NCBI GenBank assembly: GCA_973851085.1
Contig: OZ316776.1
Span: 10,974,001-11,038,000, forward strand
DNA length: 64,000 nt
Reading direction: 5' to 3'
DNA from: Ptychomitrium polyphyllum
Taxonomy: Eukaryota
In this document: positions 27,497-38,503 of the stretch, in pieces
How positions within the stretch are numbered: the stretch's first letter is position 1
Layout: every line of letters starts with the position of its first letter
The notes under the pieces: model-generated
Databases searched by the model: none
The model's input: only the letters and a program-made list of their open reading frames with translations
Told to the model about the DNA's origin: nothing
Translations under genes and position numbers: made by a program

Positions 27497-30400
27497 ATGT
27501 CACTGGAGAGTCTAATCAAGATGCAAAGCGCTGGCGTCCGGAACATCGACGATGCCAACACGCCGAGGCCGGCAGGCGTGGCGCAGGGCGCCGTTCTCGT
27601 CACATTGGACGTCACGAAGGAGATCTGCACGGCGGCTGTCTACTGGGCGCTCGGCAATGTCGTCCGCCGCGGAGATAATTTCAAAATTGTGGGCATCATC
27701 ACGCACGTCTCCAATCCAAGTACGCCGCCACCTACCACGTCGTTCTGGACAGGTCTCCAATCGCTTTGTCTAGGAACTTGGCAGTTAGTGATGCGTTTTT
27801 TCCATGCTGTGGCGTTCTGAACACAAACGTTTCCGATCGTTTTGTTTAGAAAGCTGGTAGTTGACGATCGTTGCGTTTTTTATGCTCAGTGGGTTTCCGA
27901 ACTCGGGTCGACAAGAACAGCTGGATTGGCAGCAACGGCATCATGCTCCAACACGAATTCGGAATTAAGCGCACCATTTTGGAGAATATCGCCCACGTTA
28001 AGGAGTGGTGTGACAAAGCGGGAGTAAGCACCATACCAATCTAGCCTTATGCCAAAAAATTCCTTGTAGATTGATTGCTAAATCATGCACCGCGCGCAAA
28101 TTGCAGGTGACATTGCAGGTCGATGTGAAGGCTGGGTACTCAATCAAGCAGATTGTCGTCGATGAAGCTAAGGCCATCGGCGCCTACCACGTCATCCTGG
28201 ACAAGTGAGCTAGCGCTATCGTACTTGCGATATGACTTTCAGGGATTGTTTGATGTGGCGGTTGGGTTTTGGGGTTTGGGATTCATGGATAAGTCTGCAT
28301 TGATTTCAGGAACATGAAGAGTGATCGGAAGTATTTTGTGGACAATTTGACGTGCTTTGTGTCGCGAGCGCGGAACAGCGGCGGAGTCGACACCATCCGA
28401 TCCTTCTCCGTGTCGAAGCAGCTGCCGCCGCTTGTGCCCACTCCACCCAATACCGTGCGGAGCAGCTTGCAGGCATCGCAGCCCATTCCGACGTCGGACT
28501 CCGCGGTGTCTTTCGGATCCAATCATTCGAATCATTCGGTCTCCTCAGGCTCCTTCGACATAGGCGCCTCCAGCGATGACTTCCTCACTCAGGACAGCGA
28601 TTTGTATTCCGCAGCGCCTACCACTGGCGAGTCTCTCGACGAAGCGCCGATGTACCGCGCGTCAATTCCTATTCGTACTGCAAGCGGAGCAAATGTGGAG
28701 AAAGCACCCGCTGCAATGCAGCGTCAGACGCCTGAGGCGGGATACAATCTCGTCAACCGGAAGCCCGCTCTCCGGAAGTGGCTGGCGGAGGAGGATCAAG
28801 CGCAATCGCCGGCTGATGTCTCTCAGTATGATAACCACAATCCAAGTACATTGAATGACCGCCCCCACAAAATCCTCGGGCCGGCTCCAGTTGTAGAGCA
28901 GCAGGTGCGCCGCACTCCAACGACCTTCCTTGAGAAATCTGTGCACGCTCCGCCAATGCCCGTCGTGCCCATAAATCTTCAACTTTCCCCAGGACGCGCC
29001 AATGTTCCAGTGAATGTACCAGAGAAGGTGACCACTCTGCATGCCCCACCGTTGTCGAGGATGCCGTCGCCCCCGCACAGCAAGCTGTCGCAGAGCTTGC
29101 ATAAGACGGTGTGGGTGTGGACTCGGAGCAAGGAGGTGATGCGGAGCGCTGTGGAGGTTGGCTGGACGACATTCATCTTCACTCCCGACACCAAGTTCAT
29201 GGCCCCGCAGTGGACTTGTATGTCAAACCCTTAGACCTCACTTGCAAGTTCTGTATCTGGACTTTGGCCTTGAATTTTGCGTAATAATGTTTGCTGGAGC
29301 AATGATGAAATGAGTTGATGATGTACAGCTATCGAGTGGATCAAGCCCCTGTTTCTAGAACGAGGACGGTTTCTGAACCAGGAGGGCAAGCAAGTGGCCC
29401 TCCTTGGCCAGGTCTACTCTGGCGAGCAGCTGGATTACCTCCCTGCGATGATGGGCGGCGCTGAAACCGTTGTTATCAATGATCTCGACTGGCAGGTTCG
29501 TGATCAAAGTAATCAGCGAATCGCTTGGCTTTTCGTAGTTACGTAGAAAATCGTTGGTTGACATTCCTTTCGGATTTGTCCTTCGTGCAGATTATCCCCC
29601 CTGAAGACGTGGTCGCAGCCTTCCAAGGAAGGCGCACTCAGCTCTTCGCTACGGCCAACACCGCCTCCGATGCCCAAGTATACCTCGAGGTATGTACAGA
29701 CCCTCACCTCACCTTAGCCGATTTAGCTTTGAGGTCAATTTGCTAATAGAAGAGTTCATCTGAAATTTTCACTTGCAGGCTCTGGAGGTGGGCATGGATG
29801 GGGTGGTGCTGCACACAGACAACCTCGCCGAAATCGGTTTACTTCGGGTATGTATTCACAACCGCAATCTTGCCACCTCGATTAATAATCAACATAATTC
29901 CTAGCTCAATTGTGCAAATAGGGAGGGATTGTCTGAGGTTTTTGTTGATTGCAGGATTACCTGACCAAGAAGAAGATAGAGAAGGAGCGTGCCCAAGAGT
30001 GGACGAGCGTGCAGCCACCCATCAAGGAGGTGGGTGGGGTGGGCGAGCCGGAGCCGGAGCCAGAGCAGGAACTGGAACTCCCCGGATTGACGTCCGAGCA
30101 CTCCATGACGAGGTCCGAGACCAGTAACGGGGTGCAGCGGGTGGCCTCCTCGCCAAGATCGGATTCGAATCCTCTCAACCGCGCCGGCTCGTCGCCGCGG
30201 CTCATGGAATCGCTCAGTAACTGCTCAGCACTCACGACGTTCGTGGCACCGCCAGCCACACCAGGGTTGCGCCTTGTGAACGCCACAGTCAAGAGCGTTG
30301 TCTCTGTGGGCGAGGGTGACCGAGTGTCCGTGGACCTCTGCAACCTGCTGAATTCTGGCGAGGCTATGCTTGTGGGTTCCTTCTCCAAAGGCATGTTCCT

Positions 30401-31023
30401 GGTGCATTCCGAGGTCCAAGCCAACAACACAACGCGTAAATCATTCCGTGTTAATGCGGTGAGCAATGATCTCCACTCTGCACGTGACTTCAAAATCCAT
30501 ATCTCACAAGTGATCTCGATAATATGAAGCTAATGACTATTTTGCAACGTTTTCTGCAATGGCAGGGTCCTGTACATGCGTACACAGGCATGGCTGGAGG
30601 GCGCATCACCTATCTGTCTGAACTGGAGTCAGGAGGGCAGGTACTGGCGGTGGATGCGCATGGCAACTCCCGCACAGTTCTTGTGGGGCGTGTTTCGATC
30701 GAGTCCAGGCCTCTCGTTCTTGTTGTGGTTGACGTTAACGGTGAAAACTTCAGTGTCATGCTTCAACAATCGGATTCAGTACGCCTTGTCATTCCTGCAG
30801 GTGGATTACACTCTCAACCTTACTTCTGCAGTTCTAGGTTTAAGTAAAGAAAACTTGTATTGAATGGATATGTACAGTACCTTAGATTTCAGCTAACTCA
30901 AGTTGATGTTGTTTTTCTTCAGAGCATCAAAGTCCAGGTAAGGAAGCCATCGCCGTGACAAAACTGCTACCGGGAGACATTGTCGTTTTGAGTATGGAAG
31001 ACGACGAAGCATATGAGCAGTAA
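27497..31023 (+). CDS. Chimeric protein: RLCK-type USP-like N-terminal domain + Ser/Pro-rich linker + type II 3-dehydroquinate synthase (AroB'-like) domain; 10 exons, about 845 aa
   Basis: Exons 27497-27719, 27890-28023, 28107-28204, 28310-29217, 29329-29495, 29591-29689, 29779-29847, 29955-30458, 30566-30800 and 30923-31023 are all GT-AG and total 2538 nt with the frame open. USP-like part: VLVTLDVTKEICTAAVYWALGNVVRRGD...HVILDKNMKSDRKYFVDNLTCFVSR. DHQS-II part: KTVWVWTRSKEVMRSAVEVGW, DWQIIPPED, LEALEVGMDGVVL, GEGDRVSVDLCNLL, MLVGSFSKGMFLVHSE, FRVNAGPVHAY, YLSEL, VGRVSIESRPL. Confidence 0.85.
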
Positions 31024-32070
31024 CTAATGTTCTAGCATGCCACGCAACAATTTATCTTTTTGAGAGCCAAGTTATTTAGGAACCACCATTTTTTTGAGGC
31101 CGTTAATTCTTTGAGATGGAAAATCATGGTACTCAACTCGAACTCAATAGTTTCCGTTTGAAATTGTGCTTTTAAAGCGCAAGATAATGATTCTGCAAAA
31201 TTGAAATTTACTGCCAAACTGTACCAATAGACGATACAAATTATGGCAAAACTTTTACTTCCAATCGTTTATCTCGGGAGCCTGTTATTACAGGCTTAGT
31301 TAATTCCTGTAAAGTTTTCAGATGTTTAGTCAAGAATTTCACTCGCAGAGTATGGGCTAGACGAGACGTGACAGTAGCCTGTACAGTTTCGGGCGGTGTA
31401 TAAGGGTTTCTTCATTTAAAACAGCAGTGGAGGTCCTCTGTATTGCGGTATTGTTGAAGGTATTGTTGAAAGATCCCACATATAGTCAGATATGCGCAAG
31501 TAGCTTTTATAGCCTCGAAAATAGCTGTTGTTTTTTAGTTTTTAAAAATAGCGGGTGTTGATCATAATTCAGAATACTCATAGTATTTCATTCCTACCGC
31601 CACATTCCAAGTGATCTAGATGATCTATTTTAGATTTAAAATGTTATTGGCAGTGTATGGAGCACTTGAACTTATCGCCATGGTTGTTGTCGATATACAA
31701 TTTCATCTTTTCTTGAGTTTCAGAGATGATGAGATACTACTAGTTGCCAACTGGGCCGGCGACTACTGCTATCGAAGTCATACTGTACACGAATCGAAGT
31801 GGCCAGAAAAGAAGTCTTTTTACTTAAATTGATGCACAATCACCTCTTCATGAAAGCGCACTGCGCTTAGAATACAATCCTGTTGTACGTGACCTATTCC
31901 AATTCGTTACACACACATACACACTTCACATTCATAGCGCGGAACATTATTTTGTATGCTAGTATCAAATTACATAGAGAAAATTGAAGTATAAGATAAG
32001 TGATTCTATTTGAGCCTGAACAGGCAAGAAATTGAGACAATATTCAAGCAAGCCATGAAGGCCAAAGCTC

Positions 32071-32757
32071 CTACTTACAGACGAAGACATTCCAGTGAAA
32101 GATGAAGCGGGGACCGTCGTTGGGGGCATTGTCAGCCACCACGTAGCCATGTGAGCCACGGAAGTGCCCTGTTCCGCCAAGGATGATCAGCTCGTAAGGC
32201 GTCTTCTTTCCTCCGACATTACCACTGAATGTAATTGTGGAGCCCTTGTACTTGCCCTCTACGAATGTGATCTTGCTAAGGAGCTGCAGTGCTTCCTCAC
32301 TATTCTGGTCCGTAACAACGCCCCAGCCTCTCTCGCGACCCAGGAGCGTGCTGTCCGCGCCCAAACCCTCCCTCACTTCATTGTCAAAAACGAATGACGA
32401 CCCCCACTGAAGTGGTTTGGTGTTAGGAGGAAGGTTTGCCAGCTTCAAAGTTGCGGTCTTGTCATTTGGGTCGGCAGAGCGGATCTCGTGGATGTAAAAC
32501 TCCAAAGTTTCTTTCACCTTTTGCTTGTCCTCGTGGGTTAGAAGCTCCTTCAGCCCACTTCTTACAACTCCTGATGCATTCCTCCTAGATGGCTCATTGG
32601 GGAATCTCAGGGCAGTGGTGGATTCTTGGGCGATTCTGTGGGTGCGAAGTGCCAGAGTTGAAGAGCGGAAGGAGGACGAGCCGAAGAACTGCTGGCGTGT
32701 GGAAGTGATGGCTGTGAATGCCGAATGACTTCGCTGCAAGAGTGATGTGGCTGCCAT
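32071..32757 (-). CDS. Intronless dirigent-domain protein with a putative plastid transit peptide (228 aa)
   Basis: Dirigent motifs LEFYIHE, WGSSFVFDNEVREG, LLGRERG, YKGSTITFSG and ELIILGGTGHFRGSHGY. The N-terminal ~65 aa are Ser/Thr/Arg-rich with few acidic residues and no hydrophobic core. Confidence 0.85.
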   Translation of the reverse strand: MAATSLLQRSHSAFTAITSTRQQFFGSSSFRSSTLALRTHRIAQESTTALRFPNEPSRRNASGVVRSGLKELLTHEDKQKVKETLEFYIHEIRSADPNDKTATLKLANLPPNTKPLQWGSSFVFDNEVREGLGADSTLLGRERGWGVVTDQNSEEALQLLSKITFVEGKYKGSTITFSGNVGGKKTPYELIILGGTGHFRGSHGYVVADNAPNDGPRFIFHWNVFVCK

Positions 32758-34964
32758 TATGGTTGCTCTGCTCTGGCCTTGAAATCAATCCTTTTTGCTT
32801 TCAACTCTATAATGCAAAGTAAAAGTATCTTCAGCACAATCTCCAAGGAAATGGCAGTCAGAATTAGAACCCCAACGAGCTGAATCGGATCAGGCCTGTG
32901 CAATGACCGGAGTAGCTCTTTGTGATTGTTCAATGTAATCAATAACATGTGTGATTTACTTCAATGACAATAGCCGAAAACATATAAAGCAAATGCTGCC
33001 AAGTAGAAAGCCTGTAGAAGGGCACTACTCGAGCGACACACAAAAATCGGCTATGTCCAACCACAGTTGCAAAGACAAATCAGCATCTTCATTTGCAGCA
33101 GCAACTTTGACATCATCAAAATTGCAACATTGGGTTTACAACCGAGGCTACTCAATACGCAGAAAAAGCAATAGTGATACAAAACTAGTGGAATCAATCG
33201 TTACGTTTCCCAGGAGACCCACATTACAACAAAGACTTACATCGTGCTGAAGGAAACTCGAATTGAACTCTACTCTGATCCAGAATCACAATGCTAGAAG
33301 CTAGGAGTTCATTGAACTCACAGGTGTCTGACCGATTTGAAGGAGGTAGAGCAGGTATTAGCCGGTCCGACGAACTCTTCAGCGGCAGACCTTGCAAAGA
33401 AAACGAGTGTGAGGAGTTAAATGCGTGGATTCAGCTACGGCTGCTGAACTAGAAGTGACACCAGTATCACGTGGGATCATGTGAAGGCAAGTTGTGCGGT
33501 AAACGAAAGTCATTCATTCTTCGCAATTGACGAAGATCGATTTATGCTATGAAAATTATAGAAAATAAAAATAAAATTACAACACTAAATTCCGCTCAAG
33601 CAAAGCCCTAATTGTTTCAGAATATGCTACCGATAGTTTTTTGTAGCACGTTGAAACGGAAGGGAATGACTGGAGCTTTGCGTGCAGGGAGCCTTGTACC
33701 ATTTGCCCCTAGACGAGTGCAACACAAGAGGGCTACAGTAGTTCTGTAAGGCAGTCTTTTTACAAGCTGACCTCGACTGTCACAGTGAAAATAACTTACC
33801 AAACACCGTTGTTTGAATAGCCCTTTCGTCTTTCCTGTGTAAAGGAAAACGCTACTCTCACAACATGTGTGAAGAATCCATCGAAAGCACATTAGATGGT
33901 GTAGCCCATGATTAAATAGAAATAAATTCCTTATCTTCAGGATCGACTCATGTCCAGTCACAGGAAGAAGCTGGCACCCAGCATTAGTGTCTTCTCGTTC
34001 TTTGCTAGCCCACGTTTTTCATGTGTGCGCACTCAGCAAAAACTGTTTCTTCACGGTTTCATCGACGTCCCCTATCCGTTGGACATTAATGAAACAACCG
34101 GTCCACATTTCATTAATCCAATGGACAAATCGACATGACACCAATGATAGGGACCTTCTCATCACCTGTGCTCCCCGTGCGTGATTACATTTCAAGGACG
34201 ACTTTCCCCAGATGCTATGCAAGAAGACTCTCATAAGTTTATCTGGTGGTACTACAAGGCTTTATGAAGAAGAAACTTAAACCTTTCGTGACGTCCTTCA
34301 AAGGATAGTCTAAGTTGTCGAAGAAGCTACTGCTGATTCACTAATTACTTGGCTGTACACTTGGCTGTTACCCACTACAGCAGTAACTTCCAGTAGATCC
34401 TGATCCAAGTGCTATGGTTCGTTATGCAGCGACCCCAAGATCCATAATCAGCCTTGATTTGCAAATCCACTCTGTTTTGAGCATGTATAAAAGAGAAAGA
34501 ACTAGAATCCAATAATGAATAAATATAAGAAATTCAAGACAAACTAAGCCCATAGACACTAAAGTAACGGAGGACAACTTTGAAGAATCGTCGCAACCAG
34601 ATAAGACCATCAATACTAAGTTCTTAAACCCATTACGATTTCAAATTCCTAAACCTTCGCTTCTTTAATATCCTCTTCTAAGAACGCCTGAACTCACGAA
34701 ACACGGCCCAATCACTAATCTTCAAAACGGAAAGTCGGACATCCATAGGGTAAAAAAGGTCACGTGTCTCAGCCCACTGCAATCATACAGTGACGGGGCA
34801 CACATATAAATTCCTGTATGGACATATTCGCCCACATTGCTTCAACAGAATCTTAAACGGTACTACTTATACTGAAACACAGAAGTCTCTTCAAAATTGA
34901 TGTACAATAAGCCCCTCCGTCCGAAGCTAGCTGTTGCAAGTGAAACGATCCGAAGTAGAAAATA

Positions 34965-35566
34965 TCACGCATATCCCTTCCCCACACAATTCAAGCACTT
35001 CTGAACCCTGCACGTGTGAAATCATGCATGATCAATAAAGAGTGGTGTAGTCTTCTTCAAACCTAAAAATACGTTTCGACTTCATGGTGCACAAATTGAA
35101 GCACAAATTACGCAACTCGGCAACGATTTCAGACAAAGGACTTCAAATTACTCATAATACTGAGAAAAGATGAAAGAAGACATTACTTGTTGCCGTCACA
35201 CGTCGGACAAACACAGGGCCTGGAAACCACAGGGTCATACAACGGCGACCAGTCGATTGTAGATTCCCCTTTGCACAGCCGACACTCAGTAAATCCTCGC
35301 CCTTTGCAACATACACATTGCGGTGCAGTTTTTTTCTGCAATGTCAATTTGCCGTGAGTTACTTCAAAACTTAAGCAGTAAAGCACTAATTCATTGATAT
35401 CAAACACTGCCAATAAATAAAACATTTGAACCATTACCCGCTGCCTCTCAACGACTGTAGAAAGCACACCCAGAGAAACGGAAGACGCCATCGACAGCGT
35501 AAACATTCCTGCTGCCACTGCAGCTCCCGCAGTCACCACCACCCGCAAAGGTCCACCCCTCATCAT
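34965..35566 (-). CDS. Small DnaJ-type zinc-finger (CxxCxGxG) protein without a J domain; exons 35566-35438, 35335-35187, 35007-34965; 106 aa
   Basis: Four repeats: CVCCKGRG, CRLCKGES, CPTCDGNK and CLNCVGKG, with the WSPLYDP insert and an N-terminal hydrophobic segment. GT-AG introns keep the frame to TGA at 34967-34965. Confidence 0.9.
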
Positions 35567-36456
35567 CGTGCCCCTAACCTAATCTCTTAAACCTCAAATC
35601 TCGAAAGAAAAACCTGCCGCAACAAAGATTCAATCCCAATGAATCCGAATCCGCAACACGAGATTGCAACGATTTCAACCCTAAACACACGGAATCCTTT
35701 CGAAAGAAAACGCCAACGAACTCAGGAAACACTCGATGAAGCACGAACTGCGATGACTTCAATCCAGGCCTGGATTAGAAACAAAAACCTCCAACTTCAC
35801 CTACCGCCCAAAGTTTACCAAAAACACGGATTCTGCCATATGAGGAGTGCAACAACATCATTCAGTTCCGCATGTGCCCAGGATTCTTCAGAAATTACAG
35901 CAACAGCAAGACACCTTAAACTCCTAAACCCCAGAGGTCGGAATTCCTGAGAGATGACGAGCGACGACGAATGAAGACCAGATGGAGACGACGGAAGCCT
36001 CCAATTTTCCGTCCAGTCCCAACGACCGCTAGGCTTATCCTCTTGCCAGTTCTTGTTGGCGAATAGTTTTTGCACCATCTTTATCTTCATCGCCTTCATC
36101 AGACTCGGGACCTTCAAATCTGCGATATTTTTCCTAAACATCTTTATTTCTGCATAAGCCGTTCAAAATTATCACATCAGTGATTGGCCAAGCTCGCTGT
36201 AGATGAGAGCTGGATGCAGTTCAGCGTAGTTGTTGTACTTTTGTATAGTATCTGGGAGTACTGCAGTTGAATCTGAGTTTTCATATCTCTTACCTGGTGT
36301 AGAAATTTGTGTGGTTTTGTGAGTCGGTTGAGAGTATGGTTTGCAGAATCAAGAATTTTTCCCAATTATGTTGTGGCGTTTGATGATGGATTTGATCTTG
36401 ATTTCCACTTAATAGCATTTCCCTGCCACTGCTGAGGCGCGTTACGTGGTTGAGCT

Positions 36457-37854
36457 ATGGAGGGTTTGTGGGCAAGAGCGACTGTGCATGCGCAAGCAAG
36501 TAGCCAAGCATGTGCTCGTGGTTCTCTTCGACCGTCGACGCTCCGCGTGGGGCAAGAAGGTGCGGTGCAGCTGAAGCATCAAAGTTGGTTTCGGAAGTCC
36601 GGGACAGCATTCGAGAAGCTCCGATTACGGCATTCGTCGCCGAGAGCCTCTATCAGGGTAATGCATTCTGCTTGTGCATAAAATTTCTGTTTGTGCATTC
36701 TTGTGCTTGGGGGCGAACATCTGCAATATGATTCTGTTGGAGAATGAATGCGTTCGTTGCGTGAATTCCCTATGGTAACAAAGCTCTACATAAGGGTTTG
36801 CTGACACTTCGTTCGCCAGCATTCCATTTCCGATCGGCAATGTTGCTTTATAACCTCTACCTAATAAGCGTCCGTAATCCGAAGGATGTGTACGCACCGT
36901 GTCTGACTTGAATCGCTCGGCATTCATGTATGTCATTGTCGAGCAGGGAATTGGGAAAAGATACGATGGTCGGAGAGAACTTACCAGGCGGAGCAACTGT
37001 TTTGAGTTTCCTTGTTGTGCAACCATGTGTAGGATGTTGAAAGAATGCTTCGATCCGGCGACATACCAACCATAGCCCCTCAAAACGCCAATCCACTGCT
37101 ATCAGACGAAACCTCCACATGCAAACTGCTCGACGTGCGACCAACGTGGGAACGAGAGAAAGCCTACGTCGCGGAATCTATCCATGTGCCTCTCTTCGTT
37201 GAAGACGAAGCTACAGACGCCATGACGCTCTTGAAGAAGCAGATCCAGTTCGGCTTCGGCGGCGCATGGCTTGGCCAACGCTTTACAAAACCGAACCAGG
37301 CCTTTCTTGCACAAGTCGAGCTAGCTCTTCCACAAAAGAACGAAAAGATCATCGTCGCATGCGGAGAAGGAATGAGGTTTGTCTCTGGATCATCTTATTC
37401 ATCATAACTTGGTAATTCACGTTTTTGCAATGTTTTGCAACATGAGATAACATTGCGTGCCTTAACATTCCGTTTACTATAGAAACTGTGTACATAGGAC
37501 ACACTACACACATGCAAATTTTATTCATAAAACATTGTAAACCCTAATTGCAAAAACCCCTCTCCATCTCAAACTCACGAATTTTGAGACTCACTTTGAA
37601 AGTATGTTGGATTCATGCTGAGCAGGTCCATGATGGCAATTGAGGCGCTCCGCAAGGCTGGCTATGTTGAGTTGTTTTGGCTAGGAGGCGGCTTTAACAA
37701 CGCCCGGGATGGCGACTTCGTCACAGTCGAGAACGGTACTAAACTGCAATGGGCTACCGTCGGTGGAGCCTCCGAGCTCTTCCTCAAACTTGCCGTGCTC
37801 TTGTCCACCGTCTCAAACTCACTCTTAGGCTCCTCTGCCGCCAAAGAAAAATGA
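36457..37854 (+). CDS. STR10: Rhodanese-like sulfurtransferase domain protein, STR10-like, likely plastidial; exons 36457-36657, 37033-37376, 37626-37854 (about 257 aa)
   Basis: LLDVRPTWEREKAYVAESIHVPLFVED, LLKKQIQFGFGGAWLGQRFT, active-site loop ACGEGMRS, WLGGGF and LQWATVGG closely follow Arabidopsis STR10 as I recall it. Exon 1 is transit-peptide-like. The exon 2 acceptor is inferred. Confidence 0.85.
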
Positions 37855-38458
37855 CAGTTGCTAGTTCTCAACTTGCAATTGGTTGACGCAACTCGAACCA
37901 CCAATTCCCTCTACAACAGATGACTGATCGCCATTGAAGATTAACTTCCTGACGAAGGGAGACATTCATTCGTAAAAGGCTTGCGATTGTACTTTAATTG
38001 ACCCGTCTTCTTGAGAGTGGGACGATAATCAACCATAATATGGGATCTCCTTTGTTGATCGATTATGCAAAGAGCTGAGCCATGGCTTACCTACCTATCT
38101 ACATGAATGTGGTACTCTACTTTGTCCCGGGCCTGCATGAGCTCCAATCGCACTGGTGTCGAGCAAATGATATACTCTACTCGTCCGAAAAGACTAAGTT
38201 ACTGTAACAGCATTCTAACAGATAGAATGATTCTCCTCATCGGTTGATACCGCATGCGCAAGGCTCTATTTCTGGCCAAAAGAACGTTCCTTTCTCCCTC
38301 ATTTCTTTCAATATGTTGCTGTTTCTAAATCTAGGCTCAAAGACTCGTTTATTGGAGTTTGTCAAGTACAGACAGGGCCGACCAGATTCAACAGTTGTTG
38401 AGGGCAGGTTTGCGGCATTATCGGCAATGCTTAAGGGAGGGGAAGTGACGCACATCGG

Positions 38459-38503
38459 AGAGCGAGGGGGAGAGAGCGAGGGGGAGAGAGAGAGAGAGAG
38501 AGA
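38459..38503. repeat. GA-rich microsatellite in the probable promoter or 5' leader of CDKA
   Basis: A (GA)n run is directly visible. Similar purine tracts lie near 13640-13690 (upstream of the BLTP3-like gene) and, on the minus strand, near 59080-59125 (upstream of the CHD gene). Confidence 0.85.

Noticed and set aside
27497..32757. DHQS-II fusion and dirigent gene as a phenolic biosynthetic cluster
   Set aside because: Only adjacency supports it. The DHQS domain looks inactive, the predicted compartments differ, and no other pathway genes are nearby.
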